The notes: a model not told the origin generated them from the letters alone. A DNA stretch of 64,000 nucleotides from Proteobacteria bacterium UBA2363 (GCA_002344355.1 DDTN01000045.1:31530-95529); one strand, 5' to 3'. Counted from the stretch's first letter, positions 44,944 through 56,867 are shown. Program-made: numbers and translations.

Positions 44944-45690
44944 TCAGACCAGGCCCTTGGCCTTCAGGGCGGCGACCAGCTCTGCGACGTCCTTGACCAT
45001 GACGCCCTTGCTGCGCCGCGCCGGCGGCGCGTAGGGCCCGTGGCCGAGGAAGTCGCCGGCCTCGGCGCCGAGCTCGGCCATCGGCACGGTCTCCAGCGGC
45101 TTGCTCTTGGCCTTCATGATGTCCGGCAGCTTGATGAAGCGCGGCTCGTTGAGGCGCAGGTCGGTGGTGACCACCGCCGGCAGGTCGACCTCGATGGTCT
45201 CCAGGCCGGCATCGACCTCGCGGGTGACGCGCGCCACCTGGCCATCCAGTTCCAGCTTCGAGGCGAAGGTCGCCTGCGGCCGGTCCCACAGGGCGGCCAG
45301 CATCTGGCCGGTCTGGTTGGCGTCGTCGTCGATCGCCTGCTTGCCCAGCAGGACCAGGCCGGGCTGCTCGCGCTCGACCAGCTTCAGCAGCACCCGGGCG
45401 GCCGTCAGCGGCTGCACCGGGCCGTCTGCGACCACGTGGATGGCGCGGTTGGCGCCCATCGCCAGGCCGTTGCGCAGGTGCGCCTGGGCGTCGGCGGGCG
45501 CGATCGCGACCACCACGACTTCCTCGGCCAGGCCCTTCTCGCGAAGGCGCAGCGCCTCTTCCAGGGCGATCTCGTCGAACGGATTGGGCGACAGCTTGAC
45601 GCCGTCGGTGACCACGCCGGTGCCATCGGGCCTGACCTGGATGCGGACGTTGTAGTCCACGACGCGCTTGTAGCCGACCAGAATCTTCAT
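44944..45690 (-). CDS. etfB: Electron transfer flavoprotein subunit beta
   Basis: MKILVGYKRVVDYNVRIQVRPDG...NPFDEIALEEALRL. Start is cat at 45688-45690. Confidence 0.95.
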   Translation of the reverse strand: MKILVGYKRVVDYNVRIQVRPDGTGVVTDGVKLSPNPFDEIALEEALRLREKGLAEEVVVVAIAPADAQAHLRNGLAMGANRAIHVVADGPVQPLTAARVLLKLVEREQPGLVLLGKQAIDDDANQTGQMLAALWDRPQATFASKLELDGQVARVTREVDAGLETIEVDLPAVVTTDLRLNEPRFIKLPDIMKAKSKPLETVPMAELGAEAGDFLGHGPYAPPARRSKGVMVKDVAELVAALKAKGLV

Positions 45691-46069
45691 CGTTGCTGCG
45701 GACCTTGCCATCGGGGCGGGCGCGGGGCGCCCGGCGGGCCGCACAGTTTACCGGCAGCCTGTCGGAAAACGAGCTTCCCGGTCGTGTTTTCGAGTCGCCT
45801 GGCCAGCGCGGCCGCGCACCGGCGCCCGTCAAATCAACCGCTTGCGTAGTCGTTCCGTCCCTGGGCGCAGGCCGCAGACCGGCCATCGACCGCCCTGCCG
45901 GGGACGCGCCAGGCGATGTCGGCCCGGCCGGGCATCCGCCGCAGCAGGCGTCGCCGCGTCGCCCGCGCGTCCGCGCCGGCGCCGGCCGGGGCGGCACCTC
46001 ACGGCGGGATGCCGGACGCAACCCGGGCGCCGCTTGCGGCATCATGCACGCACCGCCCCCGGAGCCGTC

Positions 46070-48322
46070 GTGAGCGAAGACGCGCCCAAGCCCCTGCTGG
46101 CCCTGACCTGGCGCGAGCTGCGCCGGCGCAAGGTCGTGCGCGTGGCGATCGCCTACGCCCTGGTCGCCTGGGTGATCCTGCAGCTGGGCGAGATCACCTT
46201 CGAGCCGCTCGGCCTGCCGCCGCGCGCGCTGACCTGGACCATCCTGGCCGTGGTGCTGCTGTTCCCGGTGGTGCTGGTGCTGGCCTGGCTGTTCGACCAC
46301 GACGGCGACCGGCTGCGCGTCGACCGCACCGGCCACGGCGTGCGAGGCCCCGCGCGCCTGTTCGCCCTGGCCGTGGTGCTGCTGACCGTGGCCGGCCTGG
46401 CCTGGTGGCTGGTCGACGTCTATGGCGACGAGCGCCCGGAAGCGACGGGCGCGCAGCCTGCCGACGCTGCGGAGGCGCAGGCCGACCCGTCCGGTACGTA
46501 CGCGGCGGGCGCGCCCCCCGGCAACTCGATCGCCGTGCTGCCGTTCGACGACATGAGCGCCGCCGGCGACCAGGGCTGGTTCGCCGACGGCCTGGCCGAG
46601 GAGCTGCTGGACCGGCTGGCGCGCGTCGACGGCCTGCAGGTGGCGGCGCGCACCTCCTCGTTCGCCCTGCGCGACCGCGGCCTGGATGCCCAGGCGCTGG
46701 GCCGCGCCCTGAACGTCGCCACCCTGGTCGAGGGCTCGGTGCGCAAGGCCGGCGGCCGCCTGCGCGTCACCGCCCAGCTGATCGACACCGGCAACGGCTA
46801 CCACCTGTGGACGGAGACCTACGAGGGCGCCGACCAGGACATCTTCGAGCTGCAGGACGAGGTGACCGCCGACATCGTCACGCAGTTGCGCGAGCGCATC
46901 CCCGGCCTGCGCGCCCAGCCGGCACCCGACCCGATGACGCGCGCCACCACCTCGGCTGCGGCCACCCGCGACGTGCTGGCGCACGAGCTCTACCTGCAGG
47001 GCCGGCTGGCCTGGCGCCAGCGCACCGCCGATTCCCTGGCGCGCGCCGCCGGCCTGTTCGAGCAGGCGATCGCCCGGGATCCCGGCTATGCCCGCGCCTG
47101 GGCCGGGCTGGCCGACACCCACCTGCTGCAGGCGGACTATGGGGGCGTGGCGCCGGACCAGGCGGTCGGCCTCGCCGAACCGGCGGTGGTCCGCGCGCTC
47201 GACCTGGCGCCGGGCCTGGGCGAGGCCTGGGCGTCGCTGGGCCTGTTGCGCCTCACCGCCGGCCAGCTCGATGCCGCCGAGGGCAACCTGCGCGAGGCGA
47301 TCCGCCTGGACCCCAATTACGAGATGGCCTACATGTGGCTGGGCGGCCTGTATGCCCGCCAGGGGCGCCTGCAGGCGCAGTCCGAGGTGCTCGCGCAGGC
47401 GCTGGCGCTGAGTCCGCTCGATCCGGCGATCAACATCAACCTGGCCGGGTCGCGCTTCGCCCGCGGCGATGCCGAGGGCGCCCGCGAGATGCTGGCGGCC
47501 CTGCTGCGGGTCACCCCGGACGCCCAGGTGGTGCGCTACAACCTGTCGGAGTTCGAACGCGGCAGCGGCCACCTTGCGCAGGCCCTGCGCCTGGCCGACC
47601 AGGCCTGGCGGCGCGCCCCGGCGGACCCGAAGGCGATCGTCACCCTGGCCCAGGCACTGGCCGCCCTGCGCCGGCACGACGAGGTGCAGTGGGTGCTGGC
47701 CGGGCTGCCCGATGCCATGGCCGACGCCGAGCTGATCCGCCACAACGCCGCCCTGCACCGCGACCCGGCGACGCCGTTGCCGCCGCTGCTGGCCGGGCAG
47801 GTGGAAGCCCTCATGGCCGGCAGCGATCCGGTGAACGCCGACCAGCGACCGCTGCTGCAGTTCGCCGCCTGGGCGGCCTGGTGGGCCGGCGACGGCGAGC
47901 GCGCCCTGCGCCTGGTCGAGCGCGTGTTGGCCGGCCGCGACGGCGCGCACCTGCTGCAGGACGAGATGGACGCGGTGCTGGTGCGGGTGTTCCTGCTGCA
48001 GGAGACCGGGCGCGGCGACGACGCGGAGGTCTGGCTGGCGCTGGCGCACAGCCGCATCGCCGAGCTGCGCGAGCAGGGCTGGGCCAACGCCTACGCCGAC
48101 TTCAGCCAGGGCCTGCTGGCCCTGTTCGACGGTCGCCCGGAGGAAGCCAGCCGGCACCTGGCGACCGCGGTGGAGCGTGGCTTCGGCGAGCTCTGGCTGC
48201 TCGACGGCGACCCGCGCTGGCACGCCCTGCGCGGCACCGCCGGCTTCGCCGCGGTGCGCGCCAGCCTGTTGCGCCGGATCGAGTCCGAGCGCGCCGCCGC
48301 CGCCGATCTCGGGCCCTACTGA
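46070..48322 (+). CDS. Membrane-anchored TolB-N-like / TPR repeat protein
   Basis: GTG at 46070 preceded by GGAG. TM helices, then IAVLPFDDMS...LVEGSVRKAGGRLRVTAQLID, then multiple TPR-like repeats. Confidence 0.8.
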   Translation: MSEDAPKPLLALTWRELRRRKVVRVAIAYALVAWVILQLGEITFEPLGLPPRALTWTILAVVLLFPVVLVLAWLFDHDGDRLRVDRTGHGVRGPARLFALAVVLLTVAGLAWWLVDVYGDERPEATGAQPADAAEAQADPSGTYAAGAPPGNSIAVLPFDDMSAAGDQGWFADGLAEELLDRLARVDGLQVAARTSSFALRDRGLDAQALGRALNVATLVEGSVRKAGGRLRVTAQLIDTGNGYHLWTETYEGADQDIFELQDEVTADIVTQLRERIPGLRAQPAPDPMTRATTSAAATRDVLAHELYLQGRLAWRQRTADSLARAAGLFEQAIARDPGYARAWAGLADTHLLQADYGGVAPDQAVGLAEPAVVRALDLAPGLGEAWASLGLLRLTAGQLDAAEGNLREAIRLDPNYEMAYMWLGGLYARQGRLQAQSEVLAQALALSPLDPAININLAGSRFARGDAEGAREMLAALLRVTPDAQVVRYNLSEFERGSGHLAQALRLADQAWRRAPADPKAIVTLAQALAALRRHDEVQWVLAGLPDAMADAELIRHNAALHRDPATPLPPLLAGQVEALMAGSDPVNADQRPLLQFAAWAAWWAGDGERALRLVERVLAGRDGAHLLQDEMDAVLVRVFLLQETGRGDDAEVWLALAHSRIAELREQGWANAYADFSQGLLALFDGRPEEASRHLATAVERGFGELWLLDGDPRWHALRGTAGFAAVRASLLRRIESERAAAADLGPY

Positions 48323-48374
48323 GCGGCGCCGGTCGCCGGCGCCGCCGGGCACCAGCCGGCGGCCCGCGCGCCCC

Positions 48375-48380
48375 TACAAT
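48375..48380 (+). promoter_or_regulatory. -10-like TACAAT
   Basis: cccCTACAATcgacg lies 33 nt upstream of the ATG at 48413, with GAAGGA as the SD. Confidence 0.25.
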
Positions 48381-48412
48381 CGACGTTCCGGCAAGAGCGA
48401 AGGAACACGACC

Positions 48413-49342
48413 ATGGAAGGACGGCAGCGCGCCGGCTTCATCGGCCTGGGGGCGATGGGCGAACCGATGGCCCGCCACCTGCATCGCGCCGGCCACCTGG
48501 TGGCGGTGTGGAACCGGACGCCGGCGCGGGCGGTGGCGCTGGCCGCCGACCTCGGCGTCGTCGCCGCCGCCGACCCGGCCGGGCTGGCCGCCGGCTGCGA
48601 CGTGGTGCTGACCTGCGTGTCCGCCGACGACGACCTGCTCGGCGTCGTCGATGCGCTGCTGCCCGGCCTGCGCCCGGGCATGCTGGTGATCGACACCTCG
48701 ACGGTGGCGCCCGACACCGCGCGCGAGGCGGCCCGGCGGCTGGCCGTGGCCGAGGTCGGGTTCCTCGACGCGCCGCTGACCGGCGGCGTCGAGGGCGCCC
48801 GCAACGGCACCCTGTCGGTGCTGGTCGGCGGCGGCGAGGCCGAGTTCGAACGGGCGCGGCCGCTGCTCGAGAGCTTCGGGCGGCGGGTCGTGCGCTTCGG
48901 CCCGGTCGGCGCCGGCCAGGCCACCAAGGCGGTCAACCAGGTCATGGTCGCCGGCATCGCCGAGGCGGTCTGCGAGGCGCTGGCGCTGGCGCAGCGCCTG
49001 GGCCTGGACTCGGCGGCGGTGGTCGACACCCTGGGCAACGGCGCCGCCGGCTCCTGGTTCCTGGACAAGCGCGGCCACAGCATGCTGGCCGGCCGCTTCG
49101 ACGTCGGCTTCAAGCTGCGCCTGCTGCACAAGGACCTGGGCATCCTGGCGGCGCTGGCGCGTGCGGAAGGCATCGATCTGCCGGTGGTCGAGGCGGCGCG
49201 CGCCGACTATGCCCGGTTGCTGGCCCTGGGCCATGGCGACGAGGACATTTCCGCCCTGATCCGCCTGAAGCAGGAAAACGTGAAGTCGGGCACGCTGCCG
49301 GCAACGCCGTCTTTACCCGTGACCGGGCCGGGGGCGCCATAA
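48413..49342 (+). CDS. NAD(P)-dependent 3-hydroxyisobutyrate-dehydrogenase-family oxidoreductase
   Basis: GFIGLGAMGEPMARHL, DAPLTGGVEGARNGTL, and a GAGQATKAVNQ-type motif. Confidence 0.9.
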   Translation: MEGRQRAGFIGLGAMGEPMARHLHRAGHLVAVWNRTPARAVALAADLGVVAAADPAGLAAGCDVVLTCVSADDDLLGVVDALLPGLRPGMLVIDTSTVAPDTAREAARRLAVAEVGFLDAPLTGGVEGARNGTLSVLVGGGEAEFERARPLLESFGRRVVRFGPVGAGQATKAVNQVMVAGIAEAVCEALALAQRLGLDSAAVVDTLGNGAAGSWFLDKRGHSMLAGRFDVGFKLRLLHKDLGILAALARAEGIDLPVVEAARADYARLLALGHGDEDISALIRLKQENVKSGTLPATPSLPVTGPGAP

Positions 49343-49369
49343 TCGGGCCTTTCCAACGGGGGGAGTCCG

Positions 49370-50683
49370 ATGCGCCTGAACCGATACGTCCTCGCCGCCG
49401 CGCTGTGCGCCGCCGGCCCGCTGGCCGCCCAGGGTCCGACCCTGCCGCCCGACCTGGCGCTGTCGCCGTTCCTGGGCAGCGGGCTGAGCCAGCCGGTGGC
49501 GGTGCGCCATGCCGGCGACGGCAGCAATCGCCTGTTCGTCGTCCAGAAGGGCGGCACCATCCGGGTGGTGCAGCTCGACGGCGCCGGCGCGCCGACCCTG
49601 CTGGCGACGCCGTTCCTGACCCAGGCGGTGACCACCTCCAGCGAGTCCGGCCTGCTCGGCCTGGCCTTCCATCCGGACTACGCGAGCAACGGCTGGTTCT
49701 ACGTCGCCTTCACCGCGCCGGGCTCGGAGCCGCGGCTGGGCTCGCAGCCCGACCAGGTGGTCGCCCGCTTCACGGTGTCCGCCAACGATCCCGACATCGC
49801 CGATCCGGGCAGCCGGCTCGACATCATCCGCATCCCCGACCTGGCCGGAAACCACAACGGTGGCGACCTGCACTTCGGCCCGGACGGCTACCTGTACTAC
49901 AGCTCCGGCGACGGCGGCCCGCAGAACGACCCGCACGGCTTCGCCCTGTGCAACTGGAAGAAGCCCAACGACAACAACATCAACACCTGCAGCCCGGGCC
50001 CGGGCACCAACTACTGGCTGCTCGGCAAGATCCTGCGCCTGGACATCGACAACCCCACGGCCAGCGCCAGCGCGGAGATGTGCGGCGCCACCGCCGGCCA
50101 GCCGGCCAACTACTCGATACCGGCCGACAACCCGCACGTCGGCACCGCCAACACCTGCGACGAGACCTGGCACAACGGCCTGCGCAACCCGTGGCGCTTC
50201 AGTTTCGACCGCGCCAACGGCGACATGTACATCGCCGACGTCGGCCAGGGCGCGCGCGAGGAGGTCAGCCGGGTGCCGGCCGGCCAGAGCGCGCACCTGG
50301 GCTGGGGCTGCATGGAGGGCTTCCGGGTCAACAAGACCGCCGCGCCCTGCGTGAGCAGTCCCACCAACTCGTTCCCGGGCTCGCTGTTGCCGATCCTCGA
50401 CTATCCGCGCACCGATGGCGGCTCGATCAGCGGCGGCTTCACCTTCCGCGGCCCGATCGGCCGCCTGCAGGGCCTGCACTGGTTCGGCGATTACCTGTCG
50501 GGCAACGTCTGGTATGCCTTCGAGCCCAGCGGCAGCGGCGCCTGGCCCAAGATCGCCTTCGCCAGCCACACCGGCGTGGTCGGTTTCGGCGAGGACGAGG
50601 CGGGCAACGTCTACTCGGTCAGCATCAACGGCAACATCCGCAAGCTGACCAGCCAGTACATCTTCGACCACGGCTTCCAGTGA
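49370..50683 (+). CDS. PQQ-dependent sugar (glucose/sorbosone) dehydrogenase-like beta-propeller, secreted
   Basis: Signal peptide, GLLGLAFHPDYASNGWFYV, HNGGDLHFGPDGYLY, GLRNPWRFSFD...YIADVGQ. Confidence 0.88.
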   Translation: MRLNRYVLAAALCAAGPLAAQGPTLPPDLALSPFLGSGLSQPVAVRHAGDGSNRLFVVQKGGTIRVVQLDGAGAPTLLATPFLTQAVTTSSESGLLGLAFHPDYASNGWFYVAFTAPGSEPRLGSQPDQVVARFTVSANDPDIADPGSRLDIIRIPDLAGNHNGGDLHFGPDGYLYYSSGDGGPQNDPHGFALCNWKKPNDNNINTCSPGPGTNYWLLGKILRLDIDNPTASASAEMCGATAGQPANYSIPADNPHVGTANTCDETWHNGLRNPWRFSFDRANGDMYIADVGQGAREEVSRVPAGQSAHLGWGCMEGFRVNKTAAPCVSSPTNSFPGSLLPILDYPRTDGGSISGGFTFRGPIGRLQGLHWFGDYLSGNVWYAFEPSGSGAWPKIAFASHTGVVGFGEDEAGNVYSVSINGNIRKLTSQYIFDHGFQ

Positions 50684-50796
50684 GCGCACCGCGGCCCTGA
50701 GCTGTCGCGACCGGCTCGCGCCCGCGGCGGCGTCGGTCGCGGGCAGGGGGTCGGGCCGCCCGGATCCGGTCCGCCCGGCCCCGGCCCGGATACGAT

Positions 50797-50827
50797 CCGG
50801 GGCCGGTCCTGTCCGGACCGGCCCCGG
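50797..50827. terminator. GC hairpin in a convergent intergenic region
   Basis: ccggggccggtcc-tgtcc-ggaccggccccgg forms a 13-bp perfect stem. There is no U-tract, so function is uncertain. Confidence 0.3.
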
Positions 50828-51070
50828 TTGCCCTGCCAGCACGTCGGGCCGTGCCTGCCGCCGCGGTCCGGGCCGGGGCCCGAAGGCCCGCGGGCAGACG
50901 GTTCCCGACCGGGTTCCGGCGGGGCGGGTACCCGAATGCCGCGCTCCGGCGAGCGCCCCGGTTGCTGCCCGGGATCCGGAAGCAGCCCATGGGTCGGATG
51001 ACCTGCCCTGCGCTTGCCCATCGCCCCGGTCGCGGTGGCCGGGACGGCCGTCCGAGACGTGTCCGCGCCT

Positions 51071-51673
51071 TCAGGGTGCCTGTTCGCGCACCGTGATCGC
51101 CTGCACGCCGTTGTCGGCGAGCTGGCGCTTGACCCGGTCGACCTCGGCGGCGCTGGCGTAGGGGCCGACGTAGACGCGGTGGAAGGTGTTGCCGTTGACG
51201 TTCACCGACTGCACGCTGGCGCTGATGCCGAGCAGGGCGAGCCGGGCCTTGGCCTCCTCGGCCGGGCGCGGATCGCGGAACGAGCCGGCCTGCAGCCGAT
51301 AGCGGGTGGCCGCCGGCGCGCTGGTGGCGGTGGCGTCGGCGGGCGTGGTGCCCGCCGCGGCGGTGCCGGCGGCAGGCGTCTCGGCGCGGACCTGGGCCTT
51401 GAGTTCGGCGTCCGGGATCAGCACCTCCATCTCCGGCAGCACGGTGTAGAAGTCGTAGGTGGTGGCGCGCGCCGGCGCCTCCTCGGCCGTGCCGGCCGGG
51501 CGCGCCGCCTGCGGCTGCGGCTGCTCCTGGGCGGGGCGCAGGCCGGGCGCCAGGCCGCTGCGCACCGCCAGCAGCGCCAGGACGATGCCGATGACGATGC
51601 CGGCGACCAGCCAGAGCCAGGCGGGAAGGGCGGTCGAGGCGCCGCGGCGGGCGTGGTTGCTGCGTCGTGCCAT
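51071..51673 (-). CDS. SPOR-domain protein (FtsN-like)
   Basis: N-terminal TM helix, Pro/Ala-rich linker, C-terminal SPOR domain YRLQAGSFRDPRPAEEAKARLALLG...HRVYVGPY. Downstream of argS. Confidence 0.85.
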   Translation of the reverse strand: MARRSNHARRGASTALPAWLWLVAGIVIGIVLALLAVRSGLAPGLRPAQEQPQPQAARPAGTAEEAPARATTYDFYTVLPEMEVLIPDAELKAQVRAETPAAGTAAAGTTPADATATSAPAATRYRLQAGSFRDPRPAEEAKARLALLGISASVQSVNVNGNTFHRVYVGPYASAAEVDRVKRQLADNGVQAITVREQAP

Positions 51674-51685
51674 GGCCTTATCCTG

Positions 51686-53443
<1,758 letters not shown>

Positions 53444-53461
53444 GGGTGGGGACGGGGCTTT

Positions 53462-53481
53462 TGTGCGGTCGCACATTGTAG
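53462..53481 (-). promoter_or_regulatory. argS -10-like TACAAT overlapping a 14-bp palindrome
   Basis: The reverse strand reads cgCTACAATgtgcgaccgcacaaaag. TACAAT lies at 53480-53475, about 31 nt upstream of the GTG. The palindrome TGTGCG-gt-CGCACA lies at 53462-53475. Confidence 0.3.
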
Positions 53482-53641
53482 CGGGCATCGTCCCCGGCCA
53501 TCGCCGCCGCGTGCCGGCGGCCGCCGGGCGGCCGTCCGCCGCCGCGGCGCGCGCGGCTGTCATCGAACTGCAACCGTAACGACATAGGCTGCTGCGCCAT
53601 CGCCCGGCAACCGCGCCGGGCCGCCCCGGAGATCCCTTGCC

Positions 53642-54409
53642 ATGATCCGCTCCGCCCCGCGCTGGCTGTGCGCGCTCGCCCTGGCGTCGCCGGCCGTTCC
53701 GGCGCCGGCGCAGGAGGCGCAGGCCCTGGCCGAGAACCTGGTCCGGCTGCGCGCCGAGATCGAGCAGCTCAACAGCGAGCTCGAGCTGGCCCGCGAGGAG
53801 GCCCGCACCACCCTGGCCGGCCTGGCCGCACAGCGCACCGAACTGGCCGCCCAGCTCGACCGCCAGGCGCTGGCCAGCCGCGAGCAGGCGCAGCGCCTGA
53901 CCCAGGCGCAGCAGGCCCTGGCCGAGGCCGGCGTCGAGGGCGCCGAGCTCAAGCCGGTGCTGCTGGAGGCGATCGCCGGCCTGGAGGCGCATGTCGGCGC
54001 CAGCCTGCCGTTCAAGCAGGACGAGCGGCTGGCCGGTCTGGCCGCGCTGCGCGAGCGCATCGCCACCGACGGCGTGCCGCCGCACCGTGCCGCCAACCAG
54101 GTCTGGGCCTTCGTCGAGGACGAGCTGAGGCTGACCCGCGAGAACGGCCTGTTCAGCCAGACCATCGAGCTCGACGGCGAGCGGGTGCTCGCCGACATCG
54201 CCAAGGTCGGCACCGTGATGCTGTATTTCCGCACCAGCCAGGGCGAGTACGGCCAGCTGGCACGGGACGGGGCCGGTGAATGGCGCTGGCAACGGGTCGC
54301 CGGGCGCGCCGACGCCGAGCGCATCGCCGCCCTGTTCGACGCCTACCGCAAGCAGATCCGCCAGGGCTGGTTCGAACTGCCGATGGCCGCCGCCGGAGGC
54401 GCGCCATGA
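53642..54409 (+). CDS. DUF3450-type periplasmic coiled-coil protein (TonB2-system accessory, TtpB-like)
   Basis: Signal peptide, long coiled coil (LRAEIEQLNSELELAREE...), then LPFKQDERL...WAFVEDELRLTRENG. Confidence 0.82.
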   Translation: MIRSAPRWLCALALASPAVPAPAQEAQALAENLVRLRAEIEQLNSELELAREEARTTLAGLAAQRTELAAQLDRQALASREQAQRLTQAQQALAEAGVEGAELKPVLLEAIAGLEAHVGASLPFKQDERLAGLAALRERIATDGVPPHRAANQVWAFVEDELRLTRENGLFSQTIELDGERVLADIAKVGTVMLYFRTSQGEYGQLARDGAGEWRWQRVAGRADAERIAALFDAYRKQIRQGWFELPMAAAGGAP

Positions 54410-55806
54410 TCCGCCGCCTGCTCCTTCTGGTCGCGCTGGCCTCGGCCGCCGCGCCCGCCCCCGCCCAGCCACCCGCCGACCCACCTCCCGCCGCGCCGCC
54501 GGCTGCGCCGCCGGCCGCTGCCCCGGCCCAGATCTCGGTCGAGGAGGCCTACCAGCGCGAGCTGGCCTTCCTGCAGGCGCAGCGCCGCGAACTCCAGGCC
54601 AGCCTGGAGCGTACCCGCAGCGGCTTCCAGCGCGACCAGGCGGCGCTCGAGCGCGAGCTGTCCGGCCTGGAGTCGCGCCTGCTGGCGGCGCGCGCCAGCG
54701 CCGACCAGGCGGCAACCCAGGTCGCCCAGGTCGAGGAGCAGACGATCGCCAGCGAGGAGAACGCCGGCCTGCTGGCCTCGACCTGGGAACAGGCCGGAAG
54801 CACCCTGGCCGGGCTGGGCGTGGAGGCGGCCAGCGCCGGCTTCGCCGAGGGCCAGGCCGACGACGCCCGCCTGCGCGCCCTGTTCGCCGCCGCCACCCGC
54901 GAGCTCGGCCGCCGCGCCGGCGTCCACCGCGAACCGGGCACCTACTTCCTGGCCGACGGCACCGAGGCGCGCGGCGAGATCATCCGCCTGGGCAGCGTCG
55001 CCGCCTTCGCGGTCGGCGAGCAGGGCAGCGGCGCCCTGGCGCCGGCCGGCGCCGGCCGCTTCAAGCTCTGGCCCGAGCCGGCCCAGGACGATGCCCGGGC
55101 GCTCGCGGACGGCCGCATGCCGGCGACGCTGCGCGCCTACCTGTTCGAGTCGCTGACCGCCGACGCCCAGCCGCCGCGCAGCAAGACCCTGGTCGACACC
55201 ATCAACGACGGCGGCACGATCGGCTGGATCATCGTCGCCCTGGGCCTGCTGGCCCTGGCCTTCGTGGTCGCGCGCGCGCTGTTCCTGCGCAGCGCCGGCG
55301 CCAGCACCGACAAGGTCCTGGCGGCGGTCGCGCCGCTGGTGCAGCAGCGGCGCTTCGAGGACGCGATCGCCGCCGCCAAGCGCCACAAGGGCAGCTCGGC
55401 GCGCGTGGTGACCGCCGCGCTGCGCAACATCGACCGCGACCCGGCGCACCTGGAGGACATCGTCTCGGAGTCGATCCTGCACGAATCCGGCCGCCTCAAC
55501 CGGTTCGGCGCGATCATCCTGGTGATCGCCGCGGTGGCGCCGCTGCTCGGCCTGCTCGGCACCGTCACCGGCATGATCGAGACCTTCGACATCATCACCG
55601 ACTTCGGCACCGGCGACCCCAAGCTGCTGTCCGGCGGCATCGCGATCGCCCTGGTCACCACCCAGCTCGGTCTGGTCGTGGCGATTCCCGCACTGCTGCT
55701 CGGCAACCTGCTGTCCGGCTGGGCCGAGCGCCTGAAGGACGACATGGAGCAGGCCGCCCTGCGCATCACCAACCTGGCCCGGGAGGAGCGCGCGGTCGCC
55801 GCCTGA
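54406..55806 (+). CDS. Long MotA/TolQ/ExbB-family proton channel protein (TtpC-like)
   Basis: Signal peptide plus a ~250-aa periplasmic coiled-coil N-domain. C-terminal MotA/ExbB core LLGLLGTVTGMIETF...GGIAIALVTTQLGL. ATGA overlap at 54406-54409. Confidence 0.88.
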   Translation: MIRRLLLLVALASAAAPAPAQPPADPPPAAPPAAPPAAAPAQISVEEAYQRELAFLQAQRRELQASLERTRSGFQRDQAALERELSGLESRLLAARASADQAATQVAQVEEQTIASEENAGLLASTWEQAGSTLAGLGVEAASAGFAEGQADDARLRALFAAATRELGRRAGVHREPGTYFLADGTEARGEIIRLGSVAAFAVGEQGSGALAPAGAGRFKLWPEPAQDDARALADGRMPATLRAYLFESLTADAQPPRSKTLVDTINDGGTIGWIIVALGLLALAFVVARALFLRSAGASTDKVLAAVAPLVQQRRFEDAIAAAKRHKGSSARVVTAALRNIDRDPAHLEDIVSESILHESGRLNRFGAIILVIAAVAPLLGLLGTVTGMIETFDIITDFGTGDPKLLSGGIAIALVTTQLGLVVAIPALLLGNLLSGWAERLKDDMEQAALRITNLAREERAVAA

Positions 55807-55828
55807 GCGGCCGCCCGCGCCCGCCGCC

Positions 55829-56452
55829 ATGAACCTGTTCGAGCAGCTCGCCGACTACCTGGCCGCCGGCGGCCACGGCATCATGCTGCCGCTGCTGGCG
55901 ATCGCCTTCGTGCTCTGGTACGCGATCGGCGCGCGCTGGGCGCTGCTGCGGCGCGGCTCCAATCGCAACGTGCGCGTGCTGCTGGCGCGCTACGAGCGAG
56001 GTGCCGGCGGCAAGGTCGACGGCGTGCTGGACGCCGCCGTGGTGCGCGGCCTGTCGCTGCGCGGCCAGCGGCCGCGCGACCTGCGCCGGGTCCTCGACGA
56101 CGCCTTCGCCGGGCACCGGCGCGCGGTGCGCCGGCACCGCGTGCTGATCGGCACCCTGGTGGCGATCGCGCCGCTGCTGGGCCTGCTCGGCACCGTCAAC
56201 GGCATGATCGTGACCTTCGATTCGCTCGCCGAGATGGCCCTGTTCACCCAGGGCGGCGGCATCGCCGCCGGCATCTCGACGGCGCTCTACACCACCCAGA
56301 TGGGCCTGGCCGTGGCGATCCCCGGCTACCTGGCCAAGGGCATGCTCGACCGCCGCCAGGCGCAGATCGAGATGGACCTGGCGCAGCTCAAGGACATCCT
56401 GGTCGCCACCGCGCGCCCGCACCCCGCGCCCGCCGCACCCGCCACGGACTGA
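55829..56452 (+). CDS. exbB: MotA/TolQ/ExbB proton channel protein
   Basis: APLLGLLGTVNGMIVTF...GISTALYTTQMGLAVAIP. Confidence 0.88.
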   Translation: MNLFEQLADYLAAGGHGIMLPLLAIAFVLWYAIGARWALLRRGSNRNVRVLLARYERGAGGKVDGVLDAAVVRGLSLRGQRPRDLRRVLDDAFAGHRRAVRRHRVLIGTLVAIAPLLGLLGTVNGMIVTFDSLAEMALFTQGGGIAAGISTALYTTQMGLAVAIPGYLAKGMLDRRQAQIEMDLAQLKDILVATARPHPAPAAPATD

Positions 56453-56457
56453 ACGCC

Positions 56458-56865
56458 ATGCGCTTCCGCGAGAAGAAGGCCGCCGAGGCCGCCATCGACA
56501 TGACGCCGATGATCGACATGGTGTTCATCCTGCTGATCTTCTTCATGGTCTCGACGACCTTCGTCAAGGACATGCAGATCGACATCGAGCGGCCGGGCGC
56601 CGCCACCCAGACGGTGTCCTCGACCAAGGCCGTGCGCCTGTACATCGACAAGGCCGGCGAGGTGTACATGGACGGCGCGCCGGTGCGGGTCTGGGTGATC
56701 GCCTCGCGTCTGCGCGACCAGCTCCAGGGCCAGCCGCAGAAGTCGGTGCTGGTGGTGACCGACGAGGGCGTGCCGGCCGGCCGTCTGGTCGAGGTCGTCG
56801 ACCAGGCCCGCCAGGCCGGCGCCGAGGTCGGCGTCGCCACCCGCGGCGAGGCCGGGGAGGGTTGA
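56458..56865 (+). CDS. exbD: ExbD/TolR biopolymer transport protein
   Basis: IDMTPMIDMVFILLIFFMV followed by a periplasmic domain. Confidence 0.9.
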   Translation: MRFREKKAAEAAIDMTPMIDMVFILLIFFMVSTTFVKDMQIDIERPGAATQTVSSTKAVRLYIDKAGEVYMDGAPVRVWVIASRLRDQLQGQPQKSVLVVTDEGVPAGRLVEVVDQARQAGAEVGVATRGEAGEG

Positions 56866-56867
56866 CC

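Noticed and set aside
45916-50700. 1594-aa stop-free ORF spanning about 4.8 kb on the + strand
   Set aside because: It runs in an alternate frame across three well-supported genes (TPR protein, dehydrogenase, PQQ-type dehydrogenase). The translation is R/A/P/G-rich low-complexity sequence typical of off-frame reading in very GC-rich DNA. It is not a giant protein.
50684-51070. Protein-coding gene in the 387-bp convergent gap
   Set aside because: Track ORFs here (50851-51096, 50611-51021, 50625-50990) are Arg/Gly/Pro-rich with no start context. The region contains GC hairpins instead.
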